A DNA stretch of 64,000 nucleotides, from the NCBI RefSeq assembly GCF_001194135.2, contig NC_069002.1, forward strand, positions 1,193,926 through 1,257,925, in the 5' to 3' direction. Position 1 is the stretch's first letter; each line of letters begins with the position of its first letter. A model generated the notes under the pieces. That model was not told where the DNA came from. It saw only the letters and a list, made by a program, of their open reading frames with translations, and ran no database searches. Of this stretch, positions 25,851 through 38,090 are shown one piece after another. The DNA is from Octopus bimaculoides. Lineage: Eukaryota. Both the position numbers and the translations under genes were made by a program.

Positions 25851-26227
25851 AGGGGAAGAGAGGTGATGAGTTAAATGAGTGAGTGATTGTAGTCGGGTAT
25901 GAGTGCGTTGGAGGGTATGTGACTTTGGTAGGATTTCAACGAGGAACATAAAGGATCGAAGGAAATACTGCTACGCATCTCGTTTGACTCTCGCAGCACG
26001 TCGCCCAACGGGTTCGAGATCGTCTAATGGGTTTTATTCCATTTTAGACGGTAGGTTGTGGTTTGAAGGAGAATTTGACTGCTACAGGTCTCAGTTTGCT
26101 GCGGAATAGAAGAGCACTCGATGTCTCGTTTGTACGATGTAAAGAGGTCGTTAGACGAAAACTGTTTCGTTCTTTGTCATCTTTGCAATAGCAACTGATA
26201 TAGACATCAGCCATAGAAACCAAGACC

Positions 26228-26270
26228 AGGGTAGCCATGTGGTCACCTGATTTTGCTAGAAATACCAAAC
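26228..26270 (+). mobile_element. Family D fragment
   Basis: atgtggtcacctgattttgctagaaataccaaac matches 63315-63381 and the reverse of 790-830. Confidence 0.45.
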
Positions 26271-27438
26271 TATATATCTATATGCACTTATATACACACC
26301 TCCATTTCATGTATTCGTATATACAAAACAGCACAGTGGAAAACGAAATATTGCATGCGAATATAGTATACGTATAGTTACACACAGGAAAACACAGAAA
26401 AACACAATGAAATATACACAAGAAGACACATGTATACCCCCACCTACATATATATACATATATATAGATGGATAGATAGATAGATAAATAGATAGATAAA
26501 TCAATCTATGTGTGTGTGTGTGTGAACCATCAACATATCTCTATATGTACGTATGTATATATGTATGTATGTATGTATGTTTGTGTGTGTAATATAGTAT
26601 ACATACATATGTATATCCATATAACTCCCGCTATATATGTATATATGTGCACACACACACACACACACACACATACATACATATATTTAGCTCGATTCGT
26701 TTGTGAGAGACTGTGTTGGTGTGTTTTGTGCTGTAGCGGCGAGTGTATGTCCGCCTAATAAAGGGGGATCTGGCCCCTTGACCCCAACAAAGACAATTGC
26801 TAAGAGCATTGGTCGACGTCAAAAGTGACCAGCGAAGTTTTTCTATATATCACGGTATTCTGGGACTCGGAATGTAATTACACATGATTTTATCACATCT
26901 GACAAAACTATTCGTCTGGTTGTAACTGTTCACAAGCTGTCCTTTTCCTTTTTATTTTTCTATATGTTACTGTATTGCTGCGTTTCAACGTTTTCCGTTT
27001 TTCCATATATATTTGTATTATATTCACATTATACTTAACTATCTTTGTACCTACTAGTATGTATGTATGTATGTATGTATACACACATACACTAGCACAC
27101 AGACGCTTATATNNNNNNNNNNTATATATATATGATGTCTGCGTGTATATCGTTATATAGATATTGATGTATGTATACAAAGTATACATTTGCATACATA
27201 CCTACTATGCATGTACATTTAAACCTTCTAACCTGAACGCACACATACACACACACACACACTCACGCACATGCGCACACGCTCACACACATATTACAGG
27301 TCAGAGTGGCTCTCTATTTGTGGGCACCGTATATATGACAGGTTAAATAAACAAGGGAGAACGAGATTCCTAAATAGAGAAAGATAATTTCAGCAATGCG
27401 ATTGATATTTTGGCCTTCAATTTACATGCATGCATACA

Positions 27439-27506
<68 letters not shown>

Positions 27507-27531
27507 NNNNNNNNNNNNNNNNNNNNNNNNN

Positions 27532-27589
<58 letters not shown>

Positions 27590-27730
27590 TACACATTGAT
27601 ACATGCATGCCTATATATCACGATTAATGGAATTTACGATAGATATCTTATGGAAAATGATGTCCACATACCTCACCTATTATGACCTCTTCTTGGTATT
27701 GGTTTACAATCTCTCATAATTTACGACAAA

Positions 27731-27772
27731 ATAGATAGATAGATAGATATATAGATAATAGATAGATAGATA

Positions 27773-27865
<93 letters not shown>

Positions 27866-27866
27866 A
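27731..27866. repeat. (GATA)n microsatellite
   Basis: Direct reading. Confidence 0.95.
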
Positions 27867-28531
27867 CAAAATGTATATAAATACATATAAATACACTGAA
27901 AAATTACTGCTTTCACTTTTGAACTTCATATAACGTTTTGAAATATCGTAGTACATCGATAGATTTTACTAAGCAATACGGTAAGATGAAACGAAATGAT
28001 ATAACATGACATACAAAACGATCTGATGGCGCTGGTAAGGTAGCAAGGGGGAGGTAATCATGTTGCTGCTAGTGCTGGTGCTAGAGTTTATCATGGAATC
28101 GGAGACCCGGTGTGGGTAGTGAAACGTTATATGTTTGCTGTTGGTGTTGTCGGTGGTAAAAGCGGTGGCGATGGCATGCTGGACGGTAGGTCTATGCAGC
28201 GCTGTAATATATGTTACGTCCTGTATTAAGTTGCTGACATGCACAACTGCATAAGTAGAAACGTTTTGTTTCGCATGTCAACCATTTTATCATGTAGAAG
28301 GAGTTCCAATCATGTGCGAATACGCAAAATTATGTAGAACATGCAGAATTTCAAGAGTATATACATCCACACACACACACACACACACTCACACACACAC
28401 AGACACACACTTACACACACACACGCACACACACACACACACTGCGTCAAACACACATATATAGGTATACGTATGTAAGTATATATATGTATGCATGTAT
28501 ACATACACACACACATATCCACAAACACACA

Positions 28532-28575
<44 letters not shown>

Positions 28576-28576
<1 letters not shown>

Positions 28577-28906
28577 TTTACTTTTTTCAGCGATTACATT
28601 GCGACCATGCTAGGGCACCGTCTCGAAGAATTTTTAGTAGAGTGAATCGATCCTATTACTTTTTTAAGCCTGGAATTTATTCTATCCATCTGTTTTTGCG
28701 GCACCGCTAGTTACATAACGTAAACTCACCAACACCGGTTGTCAAGCGTTGTTGGGGGAAATGGGCTTCTTTTAGTTTCCGTCTACCAAGTCCACCCAGA
28801 AGGCTTTGATCGGCCTAAGGCTATAGTAGAAGACACTTGGCCAAGGTGTCACGCAGTGAAACTGAACCTGAAACCATGTGGTTGGGAAGTAAGCTTCTTA
28901 CCACGG
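28576..28906 (-). mobile_element. Family A SINE, full span, lacking the central microsatellite
   Basis: Reverse complement: gtggtaagaagcttacttcccaaccacatggtttcaggttcagtttcactgcgtgacaccttggccaagtgtcttctactatagcc...gaagccc joined directly to atttcccccaacaacgcttgacaaccggtg...gcatggtcgcaatg...gaaaaaagtaaaag. Confidence 0.9.
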
Positions 28907-29074
28907 GTTTCATTCATTAGCCCTCACCTGGTCTTGAAACGTTAACACATTTTTTAGACTTTGTAACTTTACTTTTTGATTCCATTTAACTTGTAATCTG
29001 TACATCTAATATTCCTTTCATTCGTAGCACTCGTGGCAAATAAATGGAAACATTATTGATACATTTATTATTAT

Positions 29075-29160
29075 GGCGACGAAATGTCAGAATAGTTAAC
29101 ACACGCCAGACAAAATGCTTAGTGGCATTTCGTCCGGCTTGACCATCTGAGCTTGATTTC
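29075..29160 (+). mobile_element. Family B SINE head fragment
   Basis: ggcgacgaaatgtcagaatagttaacacacgccagacaaaatgcttagtggcatttcgtccg. Confidence 0.7.
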
Positions 29161-29402
29161 CAGGGGTTACTGGAAATTTCCTGCCATTAAGGGTATCGCG
29201 AAAAGTTTGGTTCAATACCCAATGTTCCGAGTTCTTTTACAGGGCCTAGAAAAATTGAAGGACCGCTGCAATAAGTATGTATCTGAGAGGGAAATATATT
29301 GCGTAAAATCATAATTAACTGATGTTCCTGCATACATATATATGGCTATATATAAACATGTATGCATATATGTATATATATACATACACACGCACATATA
29401 TG

Positions 29403-29465
<63 letters not shown>

Positions 29466-30461
29466 GTATATATCTCCATATATATTTATATACATATATA
29501 TATACGTATATATGTATATATATATATATATTCCATCTACAGTCTCACATGCTCAAACACGCAAACATGTCTACACATTCACCTACAGAGGTACACGTCC
29601 CCACAAACACACACTGTACTATAACCACATCTACTGACACACGCCTGGCATTCACATACATAATACACATAAAAACCGTCAGTGGAATAATAAAGATTAG
29701 AATCTTTATTATCTGTCATTTAACCCTTTCCCCCATTACCAAACCCACCCCCACATGAACCAAAACCCATTCATTTACCTCCTCTGTTTATATTCTTACA
29801 CAGATTACACCTCAATTTCTTCAATTACGCATCACCACCACCATCAGCAGCAGAATCGCGACCTCAGCCACTACCATCATCGCTATAAATGCCGAAAAAG
29901 CACCGCCATCACCGTCATGATAAACACAATTACACCGCAAACACATATACACACATCTTACCAACGCTTTAAAATCCTCGTTCGTGTCTCGTTACGACCA
30001 ACCAAGGAATCGTAATCCAAAATATCCGCCGGTTGCAATGTTTCCGCTGTGTATTAAATACGACACACTTAAGTCTCGTTTACCTTAATTTAATCCCGTA
30101 CCATCGCACTGACTTAGTGCTTCATTCAGTTAACTCTATCGGCCAGTTATCTGCAGTCTATCTCTAACGAACTAACGAATGTTCTCAGATTGTCGGAAAG
30201 AACGGTATGGTGTACGTGCGTTGTGCGTTGGACGTGTGCACAATGATTGAGTTGGCGTCGATTTTGGTGGTAGTGGTGGTGGTGGTGGGGTGTTATTGTT
30301 GAGGATGCTAATGTTGCTAATAGCAGTGGTAGTGTTGGTAGTGCTGATGGTGTTTGTATCAATGTTAGTCAATTTAAAAGTGGCCAGTAAAATGTACGAG
30401 GAATTTTCTTTTATTCACACACACACACATCTGTATACATGTACATATGTATGTGTATATA

Positions 30462-30498
<37 letters not shown>

Positions 30499-30604
30499 AT
30501 ATTTAAATAGTTATATAAATATGAAACGAAATAGATACATATGTGTTTTTATATATTTGTGTGTTAGTGTGTGTGTCTGTGTGTGTGTGTGTGTGTGAGT
30601 GAGT

Positions 30605-30820
30605 GTATTTGTCCACCACCACTGCTTGACGACCAGTGTCGGTGTTTTTACGTCCCTGCAAATGGCTGTTCGGAAAGAGTTCAATAGAATAGGTACCAGG
30701 CTTTAAAAAAATAGGTATGTTCTGGGGTCGATTCCTTTGATCGAAAATTCCCCCAGGCGGTGCCCTAGCATGGCCGCAGTCTAATGACTGAAAGAAGTAA
30801 AATAGATAAAGATAAAAGAC
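30605..30820 (+). mobile_element. Family A SINE, 3' half after (TG)n
   Basis: accaccactgcttgacgaccagtgtcggtg...gatagaataggtaccagg-like segment...ggcggtgccctagcatggccgcagtctaatgactgaaagaagtaaaa. Confidence 0.85.
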
Positions 30821-30844
30821 ACCAGGGTAAAGAAAAAACGAATT

Positions 30845-30925
30845 GGACGGCCATGAATAGAATGCTCTTGGTTATAGGTGTACCCCCAACAGGACTGGCT
30901 CAGTGTTAAACAACAACTACAACCA
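30845..30925 (+). mobile_element. Family D 3' end, diverged
   Basis: ggacggccatgaatagaatgc...ataggtg...taaacaacaactacaac parallels 59113-59195. Confidence 0.4.
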
Positions 30926-31417
30926 ACAGACTGTGCCAGAATACGAACCATTGTCCACGTGTGCAGTAAACAGACATGTATTTACGGATGTCTATATATC
31001 GACATATATAGACGTATATGTGTGTGTGTATATATTTGTATGTATTTATACAACCATAACTAATACGCAATTTTATCTCTGGACTTAGTATACGAATATA
31101 TATCAATATATGAATATACACACACATATATATATTTATATATATATATGCGTGTGTCGGTGCGTATATAACCATTCATAATATATAGATATAACTAAAT
31201 ATAAACTTACTTCCCGCATTACAAGCAGCGTACAGTGTGTGTATANNNNNNNNNNNNNNNNNNNNNNNNNNNNNNNNNNNNNNNNNNNNNNNNNNNNNNN
31301 NNNNNNNNNNNNNNNNNNNNNNNNNNNNNNNNNNNNNNNNNNNNNNNNNNNNNNNNNNNNNNNNNNNNNNNNNNNNNNNNNNNNNNNNNNNNNNNNNNNN
31401 NNNNNNNNNNNNNNNNN

Positions 31418-31456
<39 letters not shown>

Positions 31457-32355
31457 ATGTGTGTATGTATATATCAACACTCGCAATTATGAACTGTGAA
31501 CATTACATTAGTTTCAGTAAACGGTAGATATAGCGAAGCGATGAATCTTTCAACTCGACTTTATATCGATTCGGTAGCGGAGGAGCAGGATTATGCAGTT
31601 GCAGCGGCGGCGGCGGCTGCGGCGGCTGCGGTGGTGACTTCGAAACGTCGAAATGTTTAAATGACTTCGCCGTTCAGAGCGAACGCCTTTAATCGGTAAA
31701 GTATAGCCAGGAATCAGCGAAACGAAGAAATACTTATTTTGTTAAGGCGCTAAAATAACTGTTGCACAGAGACAGCAAAGCAGGATGGCCGAGATAATAC
31801 AATAAAATAAAATATAGAGAGAGTTCGCTTTGTTTACTGGCTACATTAGTCATGTAAGATGAAGTCACTAAATGACACGGGAATACAGCTTCATAGAGAA
31901 TATGGAGATTTTAATTTTGTTTACTTTACTTTACTTGAGAATTAGTTCAACACTTGATTGTGTATCGATATTCTTACCGTGCACCTCATATATATATATG
32001 TCTGTGTCGAAGTATCTATGTAATCTACGTCGTGTCACAAACTCTACGTGTATATATATATGTCTCCGTGTCTCTACATCTACATAGGCACACGTACATA
32101 TGTATTTATGTATATTTATATGTGTGTGTGTGTGTCTCAGTGTGTGTCTCAACGGTTGGGTTTATGTGTTGTTGTTTTCGTGTGGTGGGTTTGTGTTGTT
32201 ATGTGAATGTGCTGATAGAAAACTCGATGACAAAACTTCAAATGAAACGAAATTTTGTTTCCTATAGTTGTTGAGTTGAGAGCGTGACAAGAAGATTATT
32301 ATTAACGAGACTTTTAGAGAAGAGATAATACTAAAACAATCACATTACACGTACA

Positions 32356-32390
<35 letters not shown>

Positions 32391-32516
32391 AAATTTATAT
32401 AATATACGTTAATACACTAAATTCTATACTGTTATGTATGTATCTAAATGTGTTTGTGTGTGTAAATGTATATAATACATAGAAATTATATGTTATTATC
32501 AAACTACTACCTTCTC

Positions 32517-32580
<64 letters not shown>

Positions 32581-32581
<1 letters not shown>

Positions 32582-32785
32582 TTTTCTACTTTAGGCACAA
32601 GGCCCGAAATTTCTGGGTAGGGGCCAGTCATTTAGACCGATCCCGGTACGCAACTTGTACTTAATTTATCGATCCCGAAAGGATGAAAGTCGACCTCAAC
32701 GGAATTTGAACTCAGAACGTAAAGACAGACGAAATATCGCTAAGCATTTCGCCCGGCGTGCTAACGTTTCTGCTCGTTCACCGCA
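32581..32785 (-). mobile_element. Family B SINE, full length
   Basis: ttctactttaggcacaaggcccgaaattt...gtacttaatttatcgatcccgaaaggatgaaagtcgacctc...tttgaactcagaacgtaaagacagacgaaat...gcatttcgcccggcgtgctaacgtttctg. Confidence 0.92.
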
Positions 32786-33184
32786 TTAAGATGTATATCA
32801 GTCTATCTATCTATCTATGCGTGTATGTACGAGTACAGGGATGGAGGAAGAAGAGAGATAGTTATATAAATGCATGAATAGAGATATATACGTAGAAAAT
32901 TAGACAGACAAAATTCAGTCAGCTTGATAGATTGATATAAGGATGGAATATAGTATCTGGGTCCCCATCGATGTGAACGATGAGTATTCTAGCTTTCCGA
33001 TGAGCAGCACTGCTTTCTCATTAGTATTAATAACGTAAGAGGCTGCCGATTCCGTAGATATTAAGGGTAAATTCTGTCTACTCATTAAACACTTCTGTAG
33101 AAACATCAACATGGCGAAAGTGCGTGACAAGTAGGAATCGGTCTTTCAATTGCATATACGAAGCCCAGTATACCCATCATGACA

Positions 33185-33535
33185 AGATAAACATTGTATG
33201 ACCTTGTAGGTGGGGCTCAGTTAGCATTTTCTTCAAATCGAGTAGCCCATCCTGCTCAAAAGGTCCCTGAATAAGGGTTGCTTAAGGCTGTTGAACAAAA
33301 CACCCATGTTTCCAGAGGTGACTTATCCAAACCCCAAAGAATTCCTCTCAACACATGGCTAAGATGTTCCCCCACTACTTCTGCTCGTGATCAGAGATGC
33401 ACATATCGTCAGCCAGTAAGGGACATGCTCAACTGGTTAAGGTCAAACAACTGACAAGCAAATCTGTGGTATTGAGCGAATATTTGCTGTAGCCCATCTT
33501 TTATACCAAGACAAACAATGTACATGATAACAATC
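33185..33535. mobile_element. Probable octopod interspersed repeat fragment (class unresolved)
   Basis: gatcagagatgcacatatcgtcagcc...aactgacaagcaaatctgtggtattgagc...ataccaagacaaacaatgtacatgataac is recognised from memory as a recurrent Octopus repeat; no second full copy in this window, so it needs a repeat-library check. Confidence 0.4.
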
Positions 33536-34170
33536 AAGACAAAACAATAATAGTAATTATTATTATTATCATTATTATTATTATTATATGTAAGAATATC
33601 ATTATTATTCTTGTATGTGACCTGTGTAATAGATATATAAACAAGGTAAATTTAGCAATTTTTCAGTAGATTGAAACAATGATGAGCATCGTTAATCGAT
33701 TTTGGAACTGTATTGAGTTCTCATTCGAGAAGTGTCAGAGGTGTCAACACCAATTTGGCTAAGTCCAGAGAAATAAGAATCCAATCTGTTTCTCTACTCA
33801 ACGAATCCTGTAGCAACAGAGAGTCGGAGCGACTAATTTGCATAACTTAAGAGTTTAGCACCTTATTTGATATCAGTGACCTGTCAGTGGGGATCTGAGT
33901 CCACACAGTGTCAAGATATAATATAGTGTTTGTAATCTATGTAGGAGATATATAAACAGGGTAAATTTAACTATGCCTCCGCAAACTGAGAAAATGATAA
34001 TCAGCCCTTAGGATTAGCCACGGATACTGGCTATCAGACACAAGTATACATCACAAATGCGGTATTAGTATAATAATACCGATGCCATGTGTTGTCACAC
34101 ATTGACCATCTAAACAGATTGGCTACTTATTTCTCGTGGCTTCGTCAATATGATGTAGACACCTCTGATG

Positions 34171-34919
34171 AGGCCTGTGCAAAGTCTCATTCACACGAGT
34201 CCATTATAGTATTTTTATTGTAAAAAAGCTAGCCATCCCTAGTTCAAATCATACCAACTACATTCTTGCTACGTAATATAATATCTACTGGTATTTACTT
34301 CTTTAATTAGAGTATAATTTTCAATTATATTTTAAATTTTATATTACAAATTTTAAAGTTTAGATTTTATGTTATTTTTATCCTTATTTCTAGTTCGTAT
34401 TACAACTTTTCTTTATTTAATACTCTTATTCTTATTTTCATTTTTAAACTTCCTCAAAAACGTCGAGTTAATCTTATGCGTGCAAGCCGGAATTGCATCA
34501 TGCCATTCACGAGATTCACATTATTAGATTTAATATTAAAATTATAATCATGCCATGTTGAATAAATTTACTGATGCAATTCTACCTTGCACGCATAAGA
34601 TCAACTCGACATTTTTGAGGAAGTTTAAAAATAAGAATAAGAATAAGAGTATTAATAAAGAAAAGTTGTAATACGAAATTGAAATAAGGATAAGAATGAT
34701 AATTCTAAACTTTAAAATTTGTAATATGAAATTTAAAATATAATTGAAAATTATACTATAATTAATGAATTAAATACTAGTAGATATGTTACGTAGCAAG
34801 GATGTAGTTGGTATGATTTGAACTAGGGATGGCTAGTTTTGGATAAGCATAGGAATGGAATTAAAAATACAATAAAAATACTATAATGGACTCGTCGGAA
34901 TGATACTTTACACAGGCCT
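34171..34919. mobile_element. Foldback (long-TIR) non-autonomous DNA element, Kolobok-like terminus
   Basis: 34171-34500 and 34572-34919 are reverse complements with scattered substitutions and small indels (one ~25-bp insertion in the right arm). Termini AGGCCTGTG...CACAGGCCT, with TTAA immediately right. Confidence 0.8.
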
Positions 34920-37283
34920 TTAATTATTCACAACTAATATATGAAGGGAATAACAATAATGTCAGGATTTTTTCGAATTCGATGGAACGGGATTATGTGA
35001 GTTGTCCTTTTTTTGTATTGTCTTCATGGTGTCTGTCGTATTCCGTCGATGAAACTTTTGGAAGCATTAAATATTGTCTCTAATTTTAGTATGTCCGTTT
35101 AAGATTTTGAAATATCTAGCTTTCTACTTTCCACACACCTCGTGTTCTAACTTGAAATCTTTAGTCCCTATAACATATCCTATGAACTTATAATTTACTA
35201 TATCCTATTTCATATCGACGTCTTCTATTTCAAATGCCTCATATATTTTTAAATATCTAAGTGTTTTTAAATATTCTATATGCTTATGTTGTGACCTCTA
35301 AATTTTTATTCCTCTATAGTATATCGTGTGAATTTATAATTCACTATGTCTTATATAATATCGACGTTTTTATATCTAATTATGTGTATATTTTGTATTT
35401 ATTTTATTTATATATTTTTTTAAATGCCTATGTATTTATAAAGGCTTTTAAATATTTCTAGATAGTTGCGAGCTTATAAAAATATATAAATGTCTATATG
35501 CTTGTATGTTATTAATACTTCTATTAAGTTGAGCTTTATGTCGCTTTATTAATGTCGGAGTAAGTGTGCATGTATATTGAATATTCTGCTGGTTATGTTC
35601 CTCTAGTTTTCTGCTCGTATTGCCTCCACTCAAATTATATATATATACGTGTGAACGTGCATGTGTATATTTATGAATATGCATTTATCTAAACGCGCAC
35701 ACACACACGCATATATACGTGCAATATAAGTGAAATAGGTAACCACAACAGGTTAAATATTTGATTTAGTTCGTGACGTAATCACTTTGCGATTTCGAAA
35801 GTTCTGTGGCGCATATTTCTCACTCTATCGTGGCACAGAGACATAGACATTGCTACAGTTGTTTTACTCCATGCCATTCTAACCGAGCAGACGTATTATT
35901 CAAAATAATTTCTGCCGTCATGATGGCTTCGTGTTCTTCGTATATCTTTGGCTCTATTGCGAAATGCAGCCTTCCATTTTTAAGACAATAAATAGTAATT
36001 TCTTTGACAGTTATCTCATATTTCTAGTATGTCTTTGTGGCTGCATCCAGGCTTTGTCGTAGTCTTGATGGGTCTGTATGTGGCTGTTTTTATTTATATT
36101 GTCCCATTATGGTTACCGGAACCAGTATAATAATATACATACATTCACAAACGTACTCATGTACACACACACACACACACACATACGCACAAACTCACAC
36201 ACACAAAAATATAAAATGCATATAAATGCAGTTTTTTTAACCCTTTTCTGATATCAAAATCTTTTCTGTTATACGAAACCGCATTTCTAGTGTAAAACTC
36301 CTAAACTTTCTCGGCTGTATACTGCCTCGTTCGTTAGTTTCTCATTTCACATAGTTTCTGCACTTCCTATCATTCAAATGGACCTTACTCCTTCTCCGGG
36401 ACATATTCTTAGTGGCCATGAAGCCCATTAATTTCAATTAGCAATCTTTACCAATCTTAGTGTCTTTGGATTCATCATGTAAATTTCTGCGTAGTGAATC
36501 GGCATATCAGACTGCATCATTCTTCTTTTTCTTATTTTCTTGAAGATATCCATATCTGCATTCAACTCGGCATCGCTATCAGACAAAATTCTCGTCAATT
36601 TTATAAGAATTACGTACTTCGAAGAGTGATGCATGTAAATACATGATAGCGAGTTCCACTTAGTGTTAGCTATTTCCTGATACATTCAGAACCGTGGAAC
36701 CTTTTCCCATTTATTGGTATCTGTTTCAGATAAATAACAACCAAGGGATCTATTTTCAAATAAATACAAAACTAAGGTACTTATTTTCAATTAACGGTAT
36801 CTATTTCTAGATAAATACATAAGTGTGGTACTTAATTGCTGCTCGAAAAACAAAAAATGAAACCGCTGGAAAACTTTCGACAGAAGCTGGTAACTGGGTG
36901 CGAAATACCCACCGTTGTGCTTGGAGCTCTGTAATCTATCGCCAGAGCCAAAAATAGTATTGGTTAAACATGTCCATGAAATCAAAAGAATCCAATTATA
37001 AACCACAGAGCTGTTAGATATTACAACAGCTGCAAAACAACAACACTGACGATGGGAATAACAAATCGAGCTCAACTTAAATGTTCTATTCATAATTACA
37101 GATTTCGTCAATAGAGAAGCGATCCAATAGGTGGATTTTTACAATTTTAATTCAGGTTTATTTAATCAATTCTTTCCTTCGTTATTTCTTTCCATTTGAA
37201 CGATCTACGTCTGAAGGAAATTGCTTTTAAATGTTACACAAATACATCCATTCATACACGCATGCATATATATATATATATAT

Positions 37284-38090
37284 NNNNNNNNNNNNNNNNN
37301 NNNNNNNNNNNNNNNNNNNNNNNNNNNNNNNNNNNNNNNNNNNNNNNNNNNNNNNNNNNNNNNNNNNNNNNNNNNNNNNNNNNNNNNNNNNNNNNNNNNN
37401 NNNNNNNNNNNNNNNNNNNNNNNNNNNNNNNNNNNNNNNNNNNNNNNNNNNNNNNNNNNNNNNNNNNNNNNNNNNNNNNNNNNNNNNNNNNNNNNNNNNN
37501 NNNNNNNNNNNNNNNNNNNNNNNNNNNNNNNNNNNNNNNNNNNNNNNNNNNNNNNNNNNNNNNNNNNNNNNNNNNNNNNNNNNNNNNNNNNNNNNNNNNN
37601 NNNNNNNNNNNNNNNNNNNNNNNNNNNNNNNNNNNNNNNNNNNNNNNNNNNNNNNNNNNNNNNNNNNNNNNNNNNNNNNNNNNNNNNNNNNNNNNNNNNN
37701 NNNNNNNNNNNNNNNNNNNNNNNNNNNNNNNNNNNNNNNNNNNNNNNNNNNNNNNNNNNNNNNNNNNNNNNNNNNNNNNNNNNNNNNNNNNNNNNNNNNN
37801 NNNNNNNNNNNNNNNNNNNNNNNNNNNNNNNNNNNNNNNNNNNNNNNNNNNNNNNNNNNNNNNNNNNNNNNNNNNNNNNNNNNNNNNNNNNNNNNNNNNN
37901 NNNNNNNNNNNNNNNNNNNNNNNNNNNNNNNNNNNNNNNNNNNNNNNNNNNNNNNNNNNNNNNNNNNNNNNNNNNNNNNNNNNNNNNNNNNNNNNNNNNN
38001 NNNNNNNNNNNNNNNNNNNNNNNNNNNNNNNNNNNNNNNNNNNNNNNNNNNNNNNNNNNNNNNNNNNNNNNNNNNNNNNNNNNNNNNNNN
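37284..38090. other. Assembly gap (N run, largest in window)
   Basis: Direct reading; flanked on both sides by (TA)n. Confidence 1.

Noticed and set aside
33107-33135. caacATGGCG start codon/YY1-like site with a possible AA|GTAGGA donor
   Set aside because: Only seven codons before a stop, a mediocre donor, and no other support.
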